A DNA stretch of 64,000 nucleotides from Sphingomicrobium sp. GTDB taxonomy: Bacteria > Pseudomonadota > Alphaproteobacteria > Sphingomonadales > Sphingomonadaceae. The DNA lies in assembly GCA_035281125.1 (NCBI GenBank), contig DATEEM010000085.1, forward strand, positions 39,671-103,670. Direction: 5' to 3'. The notes beneath the pieces were generated by a model that saw only the letters and a program-made list of their open reading frames with translations, was not told the origin of the DNA and did no database searches. Below, in pieces: positions 19,586 to 28,354 of this stretch (position 1 is its first letter; the number at the start of each line of letters is the position of its first letter). The position numbers and the translations under genes are program-made.

Positions 19586-20104
19586 TTAGTAATTCACGGT
19601 GACGTTGAACGTTCCGACGTAGGTGCCATCGGCGGTCGTCGAAGCGACGGAGATCTGGCCGCCGAGATCGAAGGTCAGCCCGACAGCGCCGGAATTGCCG
19701 AGGTTGACTGTGCCCGGGCTGTCGACCGTCATGAGCAAAGTCGAAACGCCATCGTTCTGATTGGTCAGGGTCACGTTCGGCGCGTTGATGGTTACGACCT
19801 GATTGTTGGTCCCGGTGATGCGGTACTGGGCCGTCTGGGTAGCGCCCGAGCAGGTCGTGTTGGCGTTGGCACAGCTGAACACGCCGGCCCGGCTGATCCC
19901 GACGTTCGCGCCCGACCAGGCGCCCGCGCCGGACAGGACGATCGTCCCGAGGTCGAGGTCACGGACCCAGGTCAGGGTCAGCGGCTTTACGATCCGCGCT
20001 GTGGCCGTGGCATTCTGGTTGGGACCGACCGCAAACGCGGGCGTTGCGCTCAGCGCCCATGCCGCAACCGCCGCCAGCGACATCATGCGAAGGACATTGC
20101 TCAT
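19586..20104 (-). CDS. DUF4402-type fimbrial subunit (paralog 1, probable major subunit)
   Basis: Signal peptide ending PAFA, ATATARIVKPLTL, Cys pair, C-terminal GTYVGTFNVTVNY; followed by its own terminator. Confidence 0.85.
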   Translation of the reverse strand: MSNVLRMMSLAAVAAWALSATPAFAVGPNQNATATARIVKPLTLTWVRDLDLGTIVLSGAGAWSGANVGISRAGVFSCANANTTCSGATQTAQYRITGTNNQVVTINAPNVTLTNQNDGVSTLLMTVDSPGTVNLGNSGAVGLTFDLGGQISVASTTADGTYVGTFNVTVNY

Positions 20105-20206
20105 CGTTTATTTCCCCACTTGGATTGGAAATCACTGCCGGCTGGCCAGATGGTCACCCGCGGGTTTACCAATTAACCTTAATCGCTTTCGGCTTTGCTC
20201 AGGGGC

Positions 20207-20225
20207 ATGGTTAACGGCCGGTTAG
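20207..20225 (-). promoter_or_regulatory. CtrA-like site upstream of subunit 1
   Basis: Gene strand CTAA-CCGGCCG-TTAACCAT; extra TTAA half-sites at 20173-20182. Confidence 0.6.
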
Positions 20226-20248
20226 GCCTTCGGCCGGCCTGGCCGAGG

Positions 20249-20767
20249 TCACAGATATTCAGCCGTGATCGGCAGATCGCCGCGATATTCGCCGTCCGCA
20301 TCGCCGCTGACGCGGAGCCGTCCGCCGAAGCGAAAGGTGAGATTGCCCGCGGAATCGAGACGCGGCATGGACGGGAGGTCGCTGGCGACGTCGTCGAAGA
20401 CCACCTGGCCGCCGCTCAGCGAGTGGAGCACGATACTGTTCGGCAGCACGACCCGGATCGCTCGCCCCGGCTCGCCGCGGACGACCACGGTGCCAACCAT
20501 GGCCCGCGGGCTGATCTCCGCGATCGCCCCGCTGATCGCGCGCGATCCGTCGGGCCGAATCATGGCGGTGCCATCGCCCAAACCGGACAGGATGAGTCGG
20601 TCGAAGCTCAGGCCGGTTTCGATTTCGAGGCGGACGTCGTTCTTGCCGGAATTGTCGTCGCGGCTGGTCGTGGGCGTCGCGCAAAGGCGGCACTGGGCGG
20701 TCGCCGAGACCGACGAAGCCAGGCCGACACCCGCCATCAGCATCACAAGCGCGCTTTTGAGGCTCAT
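20249..20767 (-). CDS. Divergent DUF4402-type subunit (possible tip/minor subunit)
   Basis: Signal peptide, CRLC N-terminus, LSFDRLIL, FRFGGRL, C-terminal GEYRGDLPITAEYL. Confidence 0.75.
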   Translation of the reverse strand: MSLKSALVMLMAGVGLASSVSATAQCRLCATPTTSRDDNSGKNDVRLEIETGLSFDRLILSGLGDGTAMIRPDGSRAISGAIAEISPRAMVGTVVVRGEPGRAIRVVLPNSIVLHSLSGGQVVFDDVASDLPSMPRLDSAGNLTFRFGGRLRVSGDADGEYRGDLPITAEYL

Positions 20768-20792
20768 GACCGGCGGCTCTACGCGCGAGAGG

Positions 20793-20819
20793 CTAAAACA
20801 GGGTTAATCTGGCGCTAAC
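20793..20819. promoter_or_regulatory. Tandem CtrA-like sites upstream of subunit 3
   Basis: CTAA-N7-TTAA-N7-CTAAC, three half-sites at exact 11-bp spacing. Confidence 0.6.
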
Positions 20820-20893
20820 GTATTCTTCGCCAGACCGCGCCCGGCTCAGCCCTATTGTCGCAATCGTCCCGACTTTCTATCGCTCACTCCTGA

Positions 20894-22999
20894 ATGGCCC
20901 GTTCGCCCTCCTCCGCTCCTTCGGGGCGCTCGACATTCCGGACGATCGCCAAATGGGTCGTCTACGCCGGGCTTGCCGGCCTGCTCCTGCTCGGCATCTT
21001 CGTCGGCGTCGCCTACAGCCAGCTTCCGGAATATTCGGAGCTCGAGAAACGGTCCGATCTCGGGCAAATGGTCCGCGTCCGCGCCGCCAACGGTCAGGTC
21101 CTGGTGTCCCTCGGCCCGAGCTTCGGCCGCTGGCTCACCTACGACGAGATCCCGAAGGAAATGCGGGCGGCGATGATCGCCGTGGAGGATAAGCGCTTCC
21201 GCAGCCACGTCGGCGTCGATCCGATTGGAATCGCCAGGTCGTTCAAGGTCCGGATCGAATCCGGCCACTGGCGCCAGGGGGGCTCGACCATCACCCAGCA
21301 GCTCGCGCGCAACATCTTCCTGACCAACACACGAACGTTCGGCCGCAAGCTCAAGGAGATGATCCTGGCGCTCGCGCTCGAGCGGAAGTTCACCAAGGAG
21401 CAGATCCTCGAGCTTTATCTGAACCGCGTCTATTTCGGGGGTGGCGCCTATGGGATCGACGCCGCCTCTCAGAAATTCTTCGGCCACAGCGCCGATCATC
21501 TGAGCCTCGGCGAGGCGGCGATCATTGCGGGGCTGGTGAAAGCCCCGTCCAACTATTCGCCGACCGCGGATGTCGAGGCGGCGCGCGAGCGCTCTGCGAT
21601 CGTGCTCAAGACCATGGCCGACAACGGGTTCATCGACCCGGCCGCCGCGGCCGCAGTCGATCCCGCGCAAATTCGAATCCAGCCGACGACCCGCCAGAAC
21701 AGCGTCCGCTATTTCACCGACTGGGCGCTGCCCCAGCTCGATACGTTGATCGACGAGACCCAGGACCCGATCGAAGTCTGGACCACGCTCGACCCGGCGA
21801 TGCAGGCCGCGGCCGACCGCGCGATCCAGGCGAACGTTCCCGCCGGGGCACAGGGAGCACTGGTGTCGATCGACCGCGACGGAGCGGTCCGGGCGATGAT
21901 CGGCGGCCGCGACTATGTCGATTCGATCTACAATCGCGCGACGCAGGCCACCCGCCAACCCGGCTCTGCCTTCAAGCTGTTCGTCTATTTGACCGCGCTG
22001 GAATCGGGAATGAAGCCGACGGACACGATCGTCGACGAGCCGATCACGATCGGCGGCTGGAGCCCGCGCAATTCGACTCGCACCAACCTCGGACCCGTTA
22101 CGTTGCGCGAAGCCTTTTCGCGCTCGATCAACACGATCAGCGCCAAGATCGGCGCGCAGCTCGGCTTCGGCAGCATCGCCGACATGGCGCGGCGCTTCGG
22201 GATCAGCACCCCCATCTCGACCTATCCGTCGATGGTGCTGGGAACGAGCGACGTCCGCCTCATCGACATGACCCGCGCCTTCGCCTCGGTCGCAAACAAG
22301 GGCGTCGCCATCACGCCCTATGCGATCCGCAAGGTGGTGAACGCTGACGGCCGCCTCCTTTACCAGCACGAGCGATCGGAAGAGCGGGTGCTGGTCGCGC
22401 CGTGGGTCGCGGCCGAGATGACCGACCTGCTGCAATCCGCCGTGCTGACCGGTACTGGACGCGCAGCCCAAATCGGCCGCCCGGTGGCCGGCAAGACGGG
22501 GACGACCAGCTCGAACAAGGACGGCTGGTTCGTCGGATTTTCCAGCGGGCTGACGACCGGCGTCTGGATGGGCCGGGACGATGCCCGCGCGGTGCCTGGC
22601 TTGCAGGGGGGCACGGCGCCGGCGCGTGCGTTCCACGATTTCATGACGGTTGCGGTGGCTCGGCGTCCCGTCGAAACCTTCGATACTCAAGTGCCGATGC
22701 CGGACTGGCAATTGACTCCGGAAGAGGAATTCTTAGGCGACGAGGCATTCGACGCCAATGCCCTTCAACCCCTGGTCGACGAAAACGGCAATCCGCTTCC
22801 CCAACCATTGCCGGCCCAGCCCGGCGCTCCGCCGCCGATGATCCGGCCGGACGGGACCGGCGAACCGTCCCAACAGGAGCTCGACCAGGCATTTCCTCCG
22901 GCACCGGCGCAGCGCCCGTCGCCGCGCCAGCCGCCGCCACGGCAACCCGAGCGTCTACGTCCGCCCGAAGCGGCGCAGCCGCGGCCCGGCACGGCGTAG
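20894..22999 (+). CDS. Class A penicillin-binding protein (PBP1A family)
   Basis: EDKRF, GGSTITQQLARN, YLNRVYFG glycosyltransferase motifs; SAFK, SINT and KTG transpeptidase motifs; Pro-rich tail. Confidence 0.95.
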   Translation: MARSPSSAPSGRSTFRTIAKWVVYAGLAGLLLLGIFVGVAYSQLPEYSELEKRSDLGQMVRVRAANGQVLVSLGPSFGRWLTYDEIPKEMRAAMIAVEDKRFRSHVGVDPIGIARSFKVRIESGHWRQGGSTITQQLARNIFLTNTRTFGRKLKEMILALALERKFTKEQILELYLNRVYFGGGAYGIDAASQKFFGHSADHLSLGEAAIIAGLVKAPSNYSPTADVEAARERSAIVLKTMADNGFIDPAAAAAVDPAQIRIQPTTRQNSVRYFTDWALPQLDTLIDETQDPIEVWTTLDPAMQAAADRAIQANVPAGAQGALVSIDRDGAVRAMIGGRDYVDSIYNRATQATRQPGSAFKLFVYLTALESGMKPTDTIVDEPITIGGWSPRNSTRTNLGPVTLREAFSRSINTISAKIGAQLGFGSIADMARRFGISTPISTYPSMVLGTSDVRLIDMTRAFASVANKGVAITPYAIRKVVNADGRLLYQHERSEERVLVAPWVAAEMTDLLQSAVLTGTGRAAQIGRPVAGKTGTTSSNKDGWFVGFSSGLTTGVWMGRDDARAVPGLQGGTAPARAFHDFMTVAVARRPVETFDTQVPMPDWQLTPEEEFLGDEAFDANALQPLVDENGNPLPQPLPAQPGAPPPMIRPDGTGEPSQQELDQAFPPAPAQRPSPRQPPPRQPERLRPPEAAQPRPGTA

Positions 23000-23668
23000 A
23001 GCAGCCTTCGCCGAGGCCAGCCCGGGACCGAACAGTCGAGCCTCCAGGGCCTTGAACTCCGGCCCGTGATTCAAATGGACCAGGTGCGCGATTTCGTGGG
23101 CCACGACATGGCGGCGGGCTTCCGGCGGCGCAAGGATCAGTCGCCAGTTGAGCCGGATCCGGCCGCTCGAAGAGCAGCTGCCCCACCGCGTCCCGGCGTC
23201 TCCGACACTGATCGCCCGCGGCGTAACTCCGGCCGCGATGGCGAACTCTGCCGCCTCCTGCGACATGGTCTCGAGCGCCAACTGCTTGAGGTATTTCGCG
23301 ATGCGCCGCTCGAAGCCCGAGCGCGGGCCCCCGCAGCGCAGTTCCCCGGCGACGAGCTGCGGCGTGCGGCCGATCGACTCGCTCCAGACGAGTCGGGTCT
23401 TGCGCCCATCGATCGGGATCACCGCGCCGGGGACGAACGGTTCGGGCGGAACGGTGCACGCCAGCTGCGCTTCGATCCAGCCCCGTTGATCCAGCGCCCA
23501 GGCGAGCGCCGACCGACGGCTGGTGCGCGGCGGACAGGTGAGCTTGAGGACGCCGCGCGCCTCGTCGTAACGCAGCCGTAGACGCAGCGCGCCGCGGATC
23601 GGGCGAATCTCGATCGGGACAGGCAGCTCTGCCAGGAGCAGCGATTCAGAGCGGCCGTTCGACCACAT
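22955..23668 (-). CDS. M48/YgjP (DUF45) family metal-dependent hydrolase
   Basis: RWGSCS, LNWRLI, HVVAHEIAHLVHLNHGPEF. Confidence 0.9.
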   Translation of the reverse strand: MWSNGRSESLLLAELPVPIEIRPIRGALRLRLRYDEARGVLKLTCPPRTSRRSALAWALDQRGWIEAQLACTVPPEPFVPGAVIPIDGRKTRLVWSESIGRTPQLVAGELRCGGPRSGFERRIAKYLKQLALETMSQEAAEFAIAAGVTPRAISVGDAGTRWGSCSSSGRIRLNWRLILAPPEARRHVVAHEIAHLVHLNHGPEFKALEARLFGPGLASAKAALRRAGPRLRRFGRT

Positions 23669-24083
23669 GCCACTCGAGCTCCCCCGCGTCCTCCTCGCTC
23701 ACGGTCCAGCCGCGCGTCGATTGCCCAGCCTCGTGCACCGTCTCGCGGCTCCCCGAAATCAGATAGTGCCATTCAGGCAGGGCCTGCCCGGCCGCGCGAA
23801 GCCGATAGGCGCAGGTTTCGGGCAGCCAGTCGAGCGCCGCAAGATTCTCCGGATCGAGCCGCACGCAGTCCGACACGCGCGCCATGCGATGCTTGTAATC
23901 AAGGCAGCGCCCGTGCCGGCGATCGAGCAGCTTGCACGCGACGTTCGTCAGGTAAAGCAGGCCAGTCACCTCGTCTTCGAGTTTGTGCACGCAGCACCGC
24001 CCGCAGCCGTCGCACAGCGCTTCCCATTCCCCCCGGCTCAGTGACGACAGCGGCTTTTCCCAGAAAGGCGTACGCGCATTCAT
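23646..24083 (-). CDS. YcgN/UPF0260 cysteine-cluster protein
   Basis: WEALCDGCGRCC, TNVAC, WLPETCAYR. Confidence 0.92.
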   Translation of the reverse strand: MNARTPFWEKPLSSLSRGEWEALCDGCGRCCVHKLEDEVTGLLYLTNVACKLLDRRHGRCLDYKHRMARVSDCVRLDPENLAALDWLPETCAYRLRAAGQALPEWHYLISGSRETVHEAGQSTRGWTVSEEDAGELEWHVVERPL

Positions 24084-24134
24084 GACAAGGCCACCCATGC
24101 TCTGCTAACCGGACTCGATCAAGCGGGGTTGGCA

Positions 24135-24734
24135 ATGCTTAAGTCCATGAACAGGCTCAGGTTCGCGGCGATCGCCTTGGCTGCAGCACTCGCCGCTCCA
24201 ACGGCGGCCCAGATCGGCGGTTACGACGGCTACGCCTTCGTCGACGCGGTGCGCAAGAAAGAGGGCGACAAGGTCATGCAGCTGATCAACACGCGCGGGC
24301 CTGGCATCGTCGACGCCAAGGACTCGAAGGGCGACACGGCCCTGATCGTCGCCATCACCGAGCGCGATGAGGATTATACCGCGTTCCTGCTCAACAGGGG
24401 CGCCGACCCCAACCTCGCCGGCAAGGGCGGCGATACGCCGCTCATCGCCGCAGCGCGCGTCGGCTACGAGGAAGCAGCGGAATGGCTGTTGACCAAGGGC
24501 GCGAAGGTCGACGGCGCCAATCGCATGGGCGAGACCCCGCTGATCATAGCTGTCCAGCTGCGACAGGTGCCGATGGTGCGGCTGTTGCTCTCGGTCGGCG
24601 CCGATCCCGACCGGGCAGATTCAGCCGCCGGTCTCTCGGCCCGGGACTACGCGGCCCGGGATTCGCGGGCGCGCGACATCCTTCAGGCGATCGAAGCGGC
24701 GAAGCCGAAGACCGCGGCGGCGATTACGCCCTAG
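24135..24734 (+). CDS. Exported ankyrin-repeat protein
   Basis: Signal peptide plus GDTALIVA, GDTPLIAA, GETPLIIA repeats. Confidence 0.9.
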   Translation: MLKSMNRLRFAAIALAAALAAPTAAQIGGYDGYAFVDAVRKKEGDKVMQLINTRGPGIVDAKDSKGDTALIVAITERDEDYTAFLLNRGADPNLAGKGGDTPLIAAARVGYEEAAEWLLTKGAKVDGANRMGETPLIIAVQLRQVPMVRLLLSVGADPDRADSAAGLSARDYAARDSRARDILQAIEAAKPKTAAAITP

Positions 24735-25216
24735 CGTCCCTCACCAAGGGTCGGGTCGATCTGCGCCGCGAGCCGCCGGGCGGCGCGCCGGGCGAACCGC
24801 AGCACTTCGGCCTTGCGTCGCGCCGCCGGCAGCGGCCGGAGCGCGGCCTCCCGCGCAACCACGGCGTCGTAGCGGTCGGCGACGATTAGGCCGGCCTCGC
24901 CGGGAAGGAATTGCTCGCCTTCGCAAATGCCGGCCAGCGCTGACGGGACCGCCCAGTAGAAGCGATCGCAATATTCGAGATAATCAAGCCACTTGCCGTC
25001 ACCGACGAGGTCGCCCTTGGCGACCTTGATCTCGACGATCGTCAGGCAGCCCTTGCCGTCGATGGCCATCATGTCGGCGCGGCGGCCATTGGGCAGAGGC
25101 ATTTCGCAAATCGCGAAGAGATCGTGGCGGCAGAACAGGCGCGTGACTCCGCGCGCGACGTCGGCGGCGATCGGCGGCGCGGCGGCAAAGCACAGGGAAT
25201 CGGATGGGGCCGTCAT
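24731..25216 (-). CDS. mmcB: MmcB DNA repair protein (PD-(D/E)XK nuclease-like)
   Basis: LPNGRRAD, IVEIKVAKGDLVGDGKW..Y..YCDRFYWAV, IVADRYDA; SOS box upstream. Confidence 0.9.
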   Translation of the reverse strand: MTAPSDSLCFAAAPPIAADVARGVTRLFCRHDLFAICEMPLPNGRRADMMAIDGKGCLTIVEIKVAKGDLVGDGKWLDYLEYCDRFYWAVPSALAGICEGEQFLPGEAGLIVADRYDAVVAREAALRPLPAARRKAEVLRFARRAARRLAAQIDPTLGEGR

Positions 25217-25228
25217 GCCCGCAACCTA

Positions 25229-25243
25229 GAACAATGTGAGAAC
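25229..25243 (-). promoter_or_regulatory. Alphaproteobacterial LexA (SOS) box
   Basis: Gene strand GTTC-TCACATT-GTTC (GTTC-N7-GTTC) 12 bp upstream of mmcB. Confidence 0.88.
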
Positions 25244-25315
25244 GCAGCCAATCCGCGGGATCGGCGGAAAATGCGTCGTCACTGCCGGGACGCCAGCCGG
25301 AGGTTCGGATTTGGC

Positions 25316-25978
25316 CTAACGGTAGAAGACGTGGTTGCCGATCGCCGCGACGCGCTTCAGCCGCCAGCGCGGCGAAACGTAGCGGGCGTGGAAAAACAAG
25401 GCGTTCTCTGCGGCGGAATCCTTAAGGTCCTGATCGACAATCTTCGCGATCGCGACCGCCGTCTGCCACTGCCGGCTCGAGCGAGGCACCGACGGCAGCG
25501 AACGCCCACGGATGAACGAGAATTGGCCGCGCTGGAACAGCACGCCGCAATAGGAGGACGGGAAACGTCCGCCGGAATTCGCGCGATTCGCGATGACCTT
25601 CCCCACCGCGAGCTGGCCGACCAGCGGCTCGCTTTTCGCCTCGAAATAGACGCCGACCGCCAGGCATTCGAGCTCACGGCTGCCCGGGTCGCTGCTTCGC
25701 AAGTCGGACACCAGGCTGGCGAGGTCGCCGCTCGGACGGGCGGGCCCAGCTTCACGCTCGATCGGCGCAGCGGTCTCATCGGCGCCTTCGGGCGCAGCCA
25801 GCTTGGGCTGGCCTTCGGGATCGAGTAGGTCGGGGACGGGAATCTCGGGGAGGCTCGCGGTCGCGGCCGAAGCCAGTGCGCGGCTGGACGGGTCGGCTTG
25901 GGCCGGCGCGACCGTTGTCGCACCCAGCGCAGCACAAATGACCATCGCCGAGCGAAGTGATGGCAACATGAAATCCAC
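25316..25978 (-). CDS. Cell wall hydrolase (SleB/Hydrolase_2 family)
   Basis: CLAVGVYFEAKSE, GQLAVGKVIANR, QRGQFSF, IGNHVFY; N-terminal signal. Confidence 0.92.
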   Translation of the reverse strand: MDFMLPSLRSAMVICAALGATTVAPAQADPSSRALASAATASLPEIPVPDLLDPEGQPKLAAPEGADETAAPIEREAGPARPSGDLASLVSDLRSSDPGSRELECLAVGVYFEAKSEPLVGQLAVGKVIANRANSGGRFPSSYCGVLFQRGQFSFIRGRSLPSVPRSSRQWQTAVAIAKIVDQDLKDSAAENALFFHARYVSPRWRLKRVAAIGNHVFYR

Positions 25979-26144
25979 AATAATTGCGGTGAACCACAGA
26001 AATCAGACCGGATTCACTGTGCGAATACTATCGCGGCCGGCCTGTTGTAGCTCCCCGTCTCGCGTGACACGTGGCGGTGATCCCGCGCACAATGCTCCCC
26101 GCTCTTCTTGTCAGGCCTCGGTTTCTGCGCACTGCGGGCCATGG

Positions 26145-26489
26145 TCAACCCAAGCGGGTCGTTTCAGCGATGAACCGTTCAGGCTCCGCGATATCCAGTT
26201 CCACCGCCCACAGATCCGGGTCGAAACGCAAGCGCTTCGCGAGGAACGCCGGAACCTCGTCTGCACCCGCCGATTCCGCCGGGCCGGCGGAGCGCCACTC
26301 ATAGCCGCCGCTCGGCCCCAGGACCCGCTCCAGGCAACCAACGTGCCGGCCGCGGCTGCCGACGATGAGGAGGAGGCTCCCGCCCGAAGCGTCGCCGGAG
26401 TGAAGCACCGTTGCGAAGCCTCCGTCCGCCTCGATCCTGCGCAGCAGCGCGGAAACTTCCAGCCTGGCGGGAAGCCGGCCCGGGATCAT
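26145..26489 (-). CDS. DUF1491 family protein
   Basis: GGFATVLHSGDASGG, RFDPDLWAVELD. Confidence 0.85.
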   Translation of the reverse strand: MIPGRLPARLEVSALLRRIEADGGFATVLHSGDASGGSLLLIVGSRGRHVGCLERVLGPSGGYEWRSAGPAESAGADEVPAFLAKRLRFDPDLWAVELDIAEPERFIAETTRLG

Positions 26490-26495
26490 CGCCGC

Positions 26496-26963
26496 TCAGG
26501 CAGCGTCGCGCTCGTCGGCTCCGAGCAGGACTGCCGCAAGGGCATCACGGCTGCGTGCGCCGCGCATTTTGTCGAGCGTCGGACGGTGGCGAGTCACGCG
26601 ACTGATCGCGGCAAGGGCCTTCAAATGCTCGGCGCCGGCGTCCAGTGGCGACAATAGCAGGAAGACGAGGTCGACCGGCCGGCCATCGATCGCCTTGTAG
26701 TCGATCGGCTCAGACAGCCGCGTGAACATCCCGTAGATTCGATTCAGGCCGTCGATCTTGCCGTGCGGGATCGCGACCCCCTGGCCGAATCCGGTCGAGC
26801 CGAGCTGCTCGCGCTCGCCTATGCTGGCAAGAATCGTCGCTGGATCGACGCTCAGGCGCTGGCCGGCCATGTTCGCCAGTTGCTGGAGCAACGACTTCTT
26901 GTTTCCGCCGGAAAGGCGGGTCGTGATTGCGTCGAAATCGAGGAAATCCGAAAGCTGCATCAA
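26496..26963 (-). CDS. ptsN: PTS IIA-like nitrogen regulatory protein
   Basis: REQLGSTGFGQGVAIPHGK, VDLVFLLL, HLKALA. Confidence 0.95.
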   Translation of the reverse strand: MMQLSDFLDFDAITTRLSGGNKKSLLQQLANMAGQRLSVDPATILASIGEREQLGSTGFGQGVAIPHGKIDGLNRIYGMFTRLSEPIDYKAIDGRPVDLVFLLLSPLDAGAEHLKALAAISRVTRHRPTLDKMRGARSRDALAAVLLGADERDAA

Positions 26964-27024
26964 ATTACTAACTCGTCACGGGCCGTGGGTCGGGATACGA
27001 CCTGGGCCGGGGAATCCAATCGGG

Positions 27025-27591
27025 TCAATCGGTATGCGGCTCGACCCAGCCGATGTTGCCGTCTTCCCGGCGGTAGATCATGTTGAGCTGGCCGGTTGCG
27101 GAGTTCTTGAACATCAGCGCGTTGGTGTTGCGCAGGTCCATGAGCATGACCGCGTCCGACACGCTCGATTCGGGGATGTCGACGCGTGTTTCGGCGACGA
27201 TTGCCGGGAAATCGGATGCCTCTTCCCCCTCGTCGGCGGCGGAAAAGATCGTGTAGGCCGCATTCTCGACGAAACTTTGCGTCGCCTCGTCAACCTTATG
27301 CTCGCGCAAGCGCTTGAAATAGCGGCGAAGCTGCTTTTCGATGCGGTCCGCGGCGCCGTTGAAAGCCATCGGCGCTTCCCGCGCGCTGTGGGACGCCTTG
27401 AGCACCACGCCCTGCGTCACCGGCGCGACAATGTCGCAGGTATAGTCGTTGTTCGGGCCACGGCCGAACGTCACGTTCGCACCGATGCTCCGCGAAAAAT
27501 ATTTCTGGGTGATTTCGGCCATCCGGCGAGCCGCATGCTCGCGCAGCGATTCACCCGTGTCGACCTGATGGCCCGCGACCCGAACGTCCAC
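27025..27591 (-). CDS. hpf: Ribosome hibernation promoting factor (long HPF)
   Basis: GHQVDTG, DRIEKQLRRY, C-terminal DAVMLMDL...YRREDGNIGW. Confidence 0.93.
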   Translation of the reverse strand: MDVRVAGHQVDTGESLREHAARRMAEITQKYFSRSIGANVTFGRGPNNDYTCDIVAPVTQGVVLKASHSAREAPMAFNGAADRIEKQLRRYFKRLREHKVDEATQSFVENAAYTIFSAADEGEEASDFPAIVAETRVDIPESSVSDAVMLMDLRNTNALMFKNSATGQLNMIYRREDGNIGWVEPHTD

Positions 27592-27647
27592 TTGTCCTGG
27601 CTCCTCAGCTTGACGGCGGCGGGCTTAGGACCGCCCGGAAGCTCCCG

Positions 27648-28346
27648 TCAACTGGCCTCGGCAAAGCGTGCCCAAAGCGGGTTGACGAGCGTCGCAATAA
27701 ACGCGCGGTGACGCTCGAGTTCCGCGAGATCCGGACAATGCGGCCGTGCTGGCCGCGGCTCGCGGACCTTTACCGTTCCGGCCGCCGCGTGGACTTTCAC
27801 CCGGTCGGTGTCCGCGACCAGGCCGAGGCCGATTTGGCGGCCACCGGTCAATTCGACATAGACTTGCGCGAGCAGTTGCGCGTCGAGGAGCGCACCGTGC
27901 TTCACGCGGTGGCTGCGATCGATCCCGAAACGCATGCACAACGCGTCGAGGCTGTGCTTGGCCCCGGGATGCCGCGCGCGAGCGAGCATCAGCGTGTCGA
28001 CCATTCGGCTGGTGCAGATCGGCCGGCGGCCGCAACGTTCCAGTTCGAAATTGAGAAAGCCGAAATCGAACCCTGCATTGTGCGCAACCAACGGCGAATC
28101 ACCGAGGAACTTGAGCAGAGCCTCGGCCCGATCGCCGAACAGCGGCTTGTCGGACAGGAAGATGTCGCTCAGCCCGTGAACCGCCTCGGCGTCGCTCGGC
28201 ATTAGGCGCTGCGGATTGAAGTAGGCATGGAAGTGCCGGCCGGTTTCGACCCGGTTGAACATTTCGACGCAGCCGATCTCGACCATCCGGTCTCCGCCGG
28301 CCGGGTTGAGTCCGGTCGTCTCGGTATCGAATACGATCTCCCGCAT
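27648..28346 (-). CDS. dnaQ: DNA polymerase III epsilon subunit
   Basis: MREIVFDTETTG, HNAGFD, HGALLDAQLLAQVYVEL. Confidence 0.97.
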   Translation of the reverse strand: MREIVFDTETTGLNPAGGDRMVEIGCVEMFNRVETGRHFHAYFNPQRLMPSDAEAVHGLSDIFLSDKPLFGDRAEALLKFLGDSPLVAHNAGFDFGFLNFELERCGRRPICTSRMVDTLMLARARHPGAKHSLDALCMRFGIDRSHRVKHGALLDAQLLAQVYVELTGGRQIGLGLVADTDRVKVHAAAGTVKVREPRPARPHCPDLAELERHRAFIATLVNPLWARFAEAS

Positions 28347-28354
28347 GCGGGAAT

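Noticed and set aside
14519-20820. Fimbrial locus as a genomic island integrated at tRNA-Leu
   Set aside because: No integrase or transposase, no duplicated tRNA 3' end seen, and composition resembles the flanks; it looks resident
22780-22999. Pro-rich repetitive tail of PBP1A as a repeat array
   Set aside because: Low-complexity coding sequence with no regular unit
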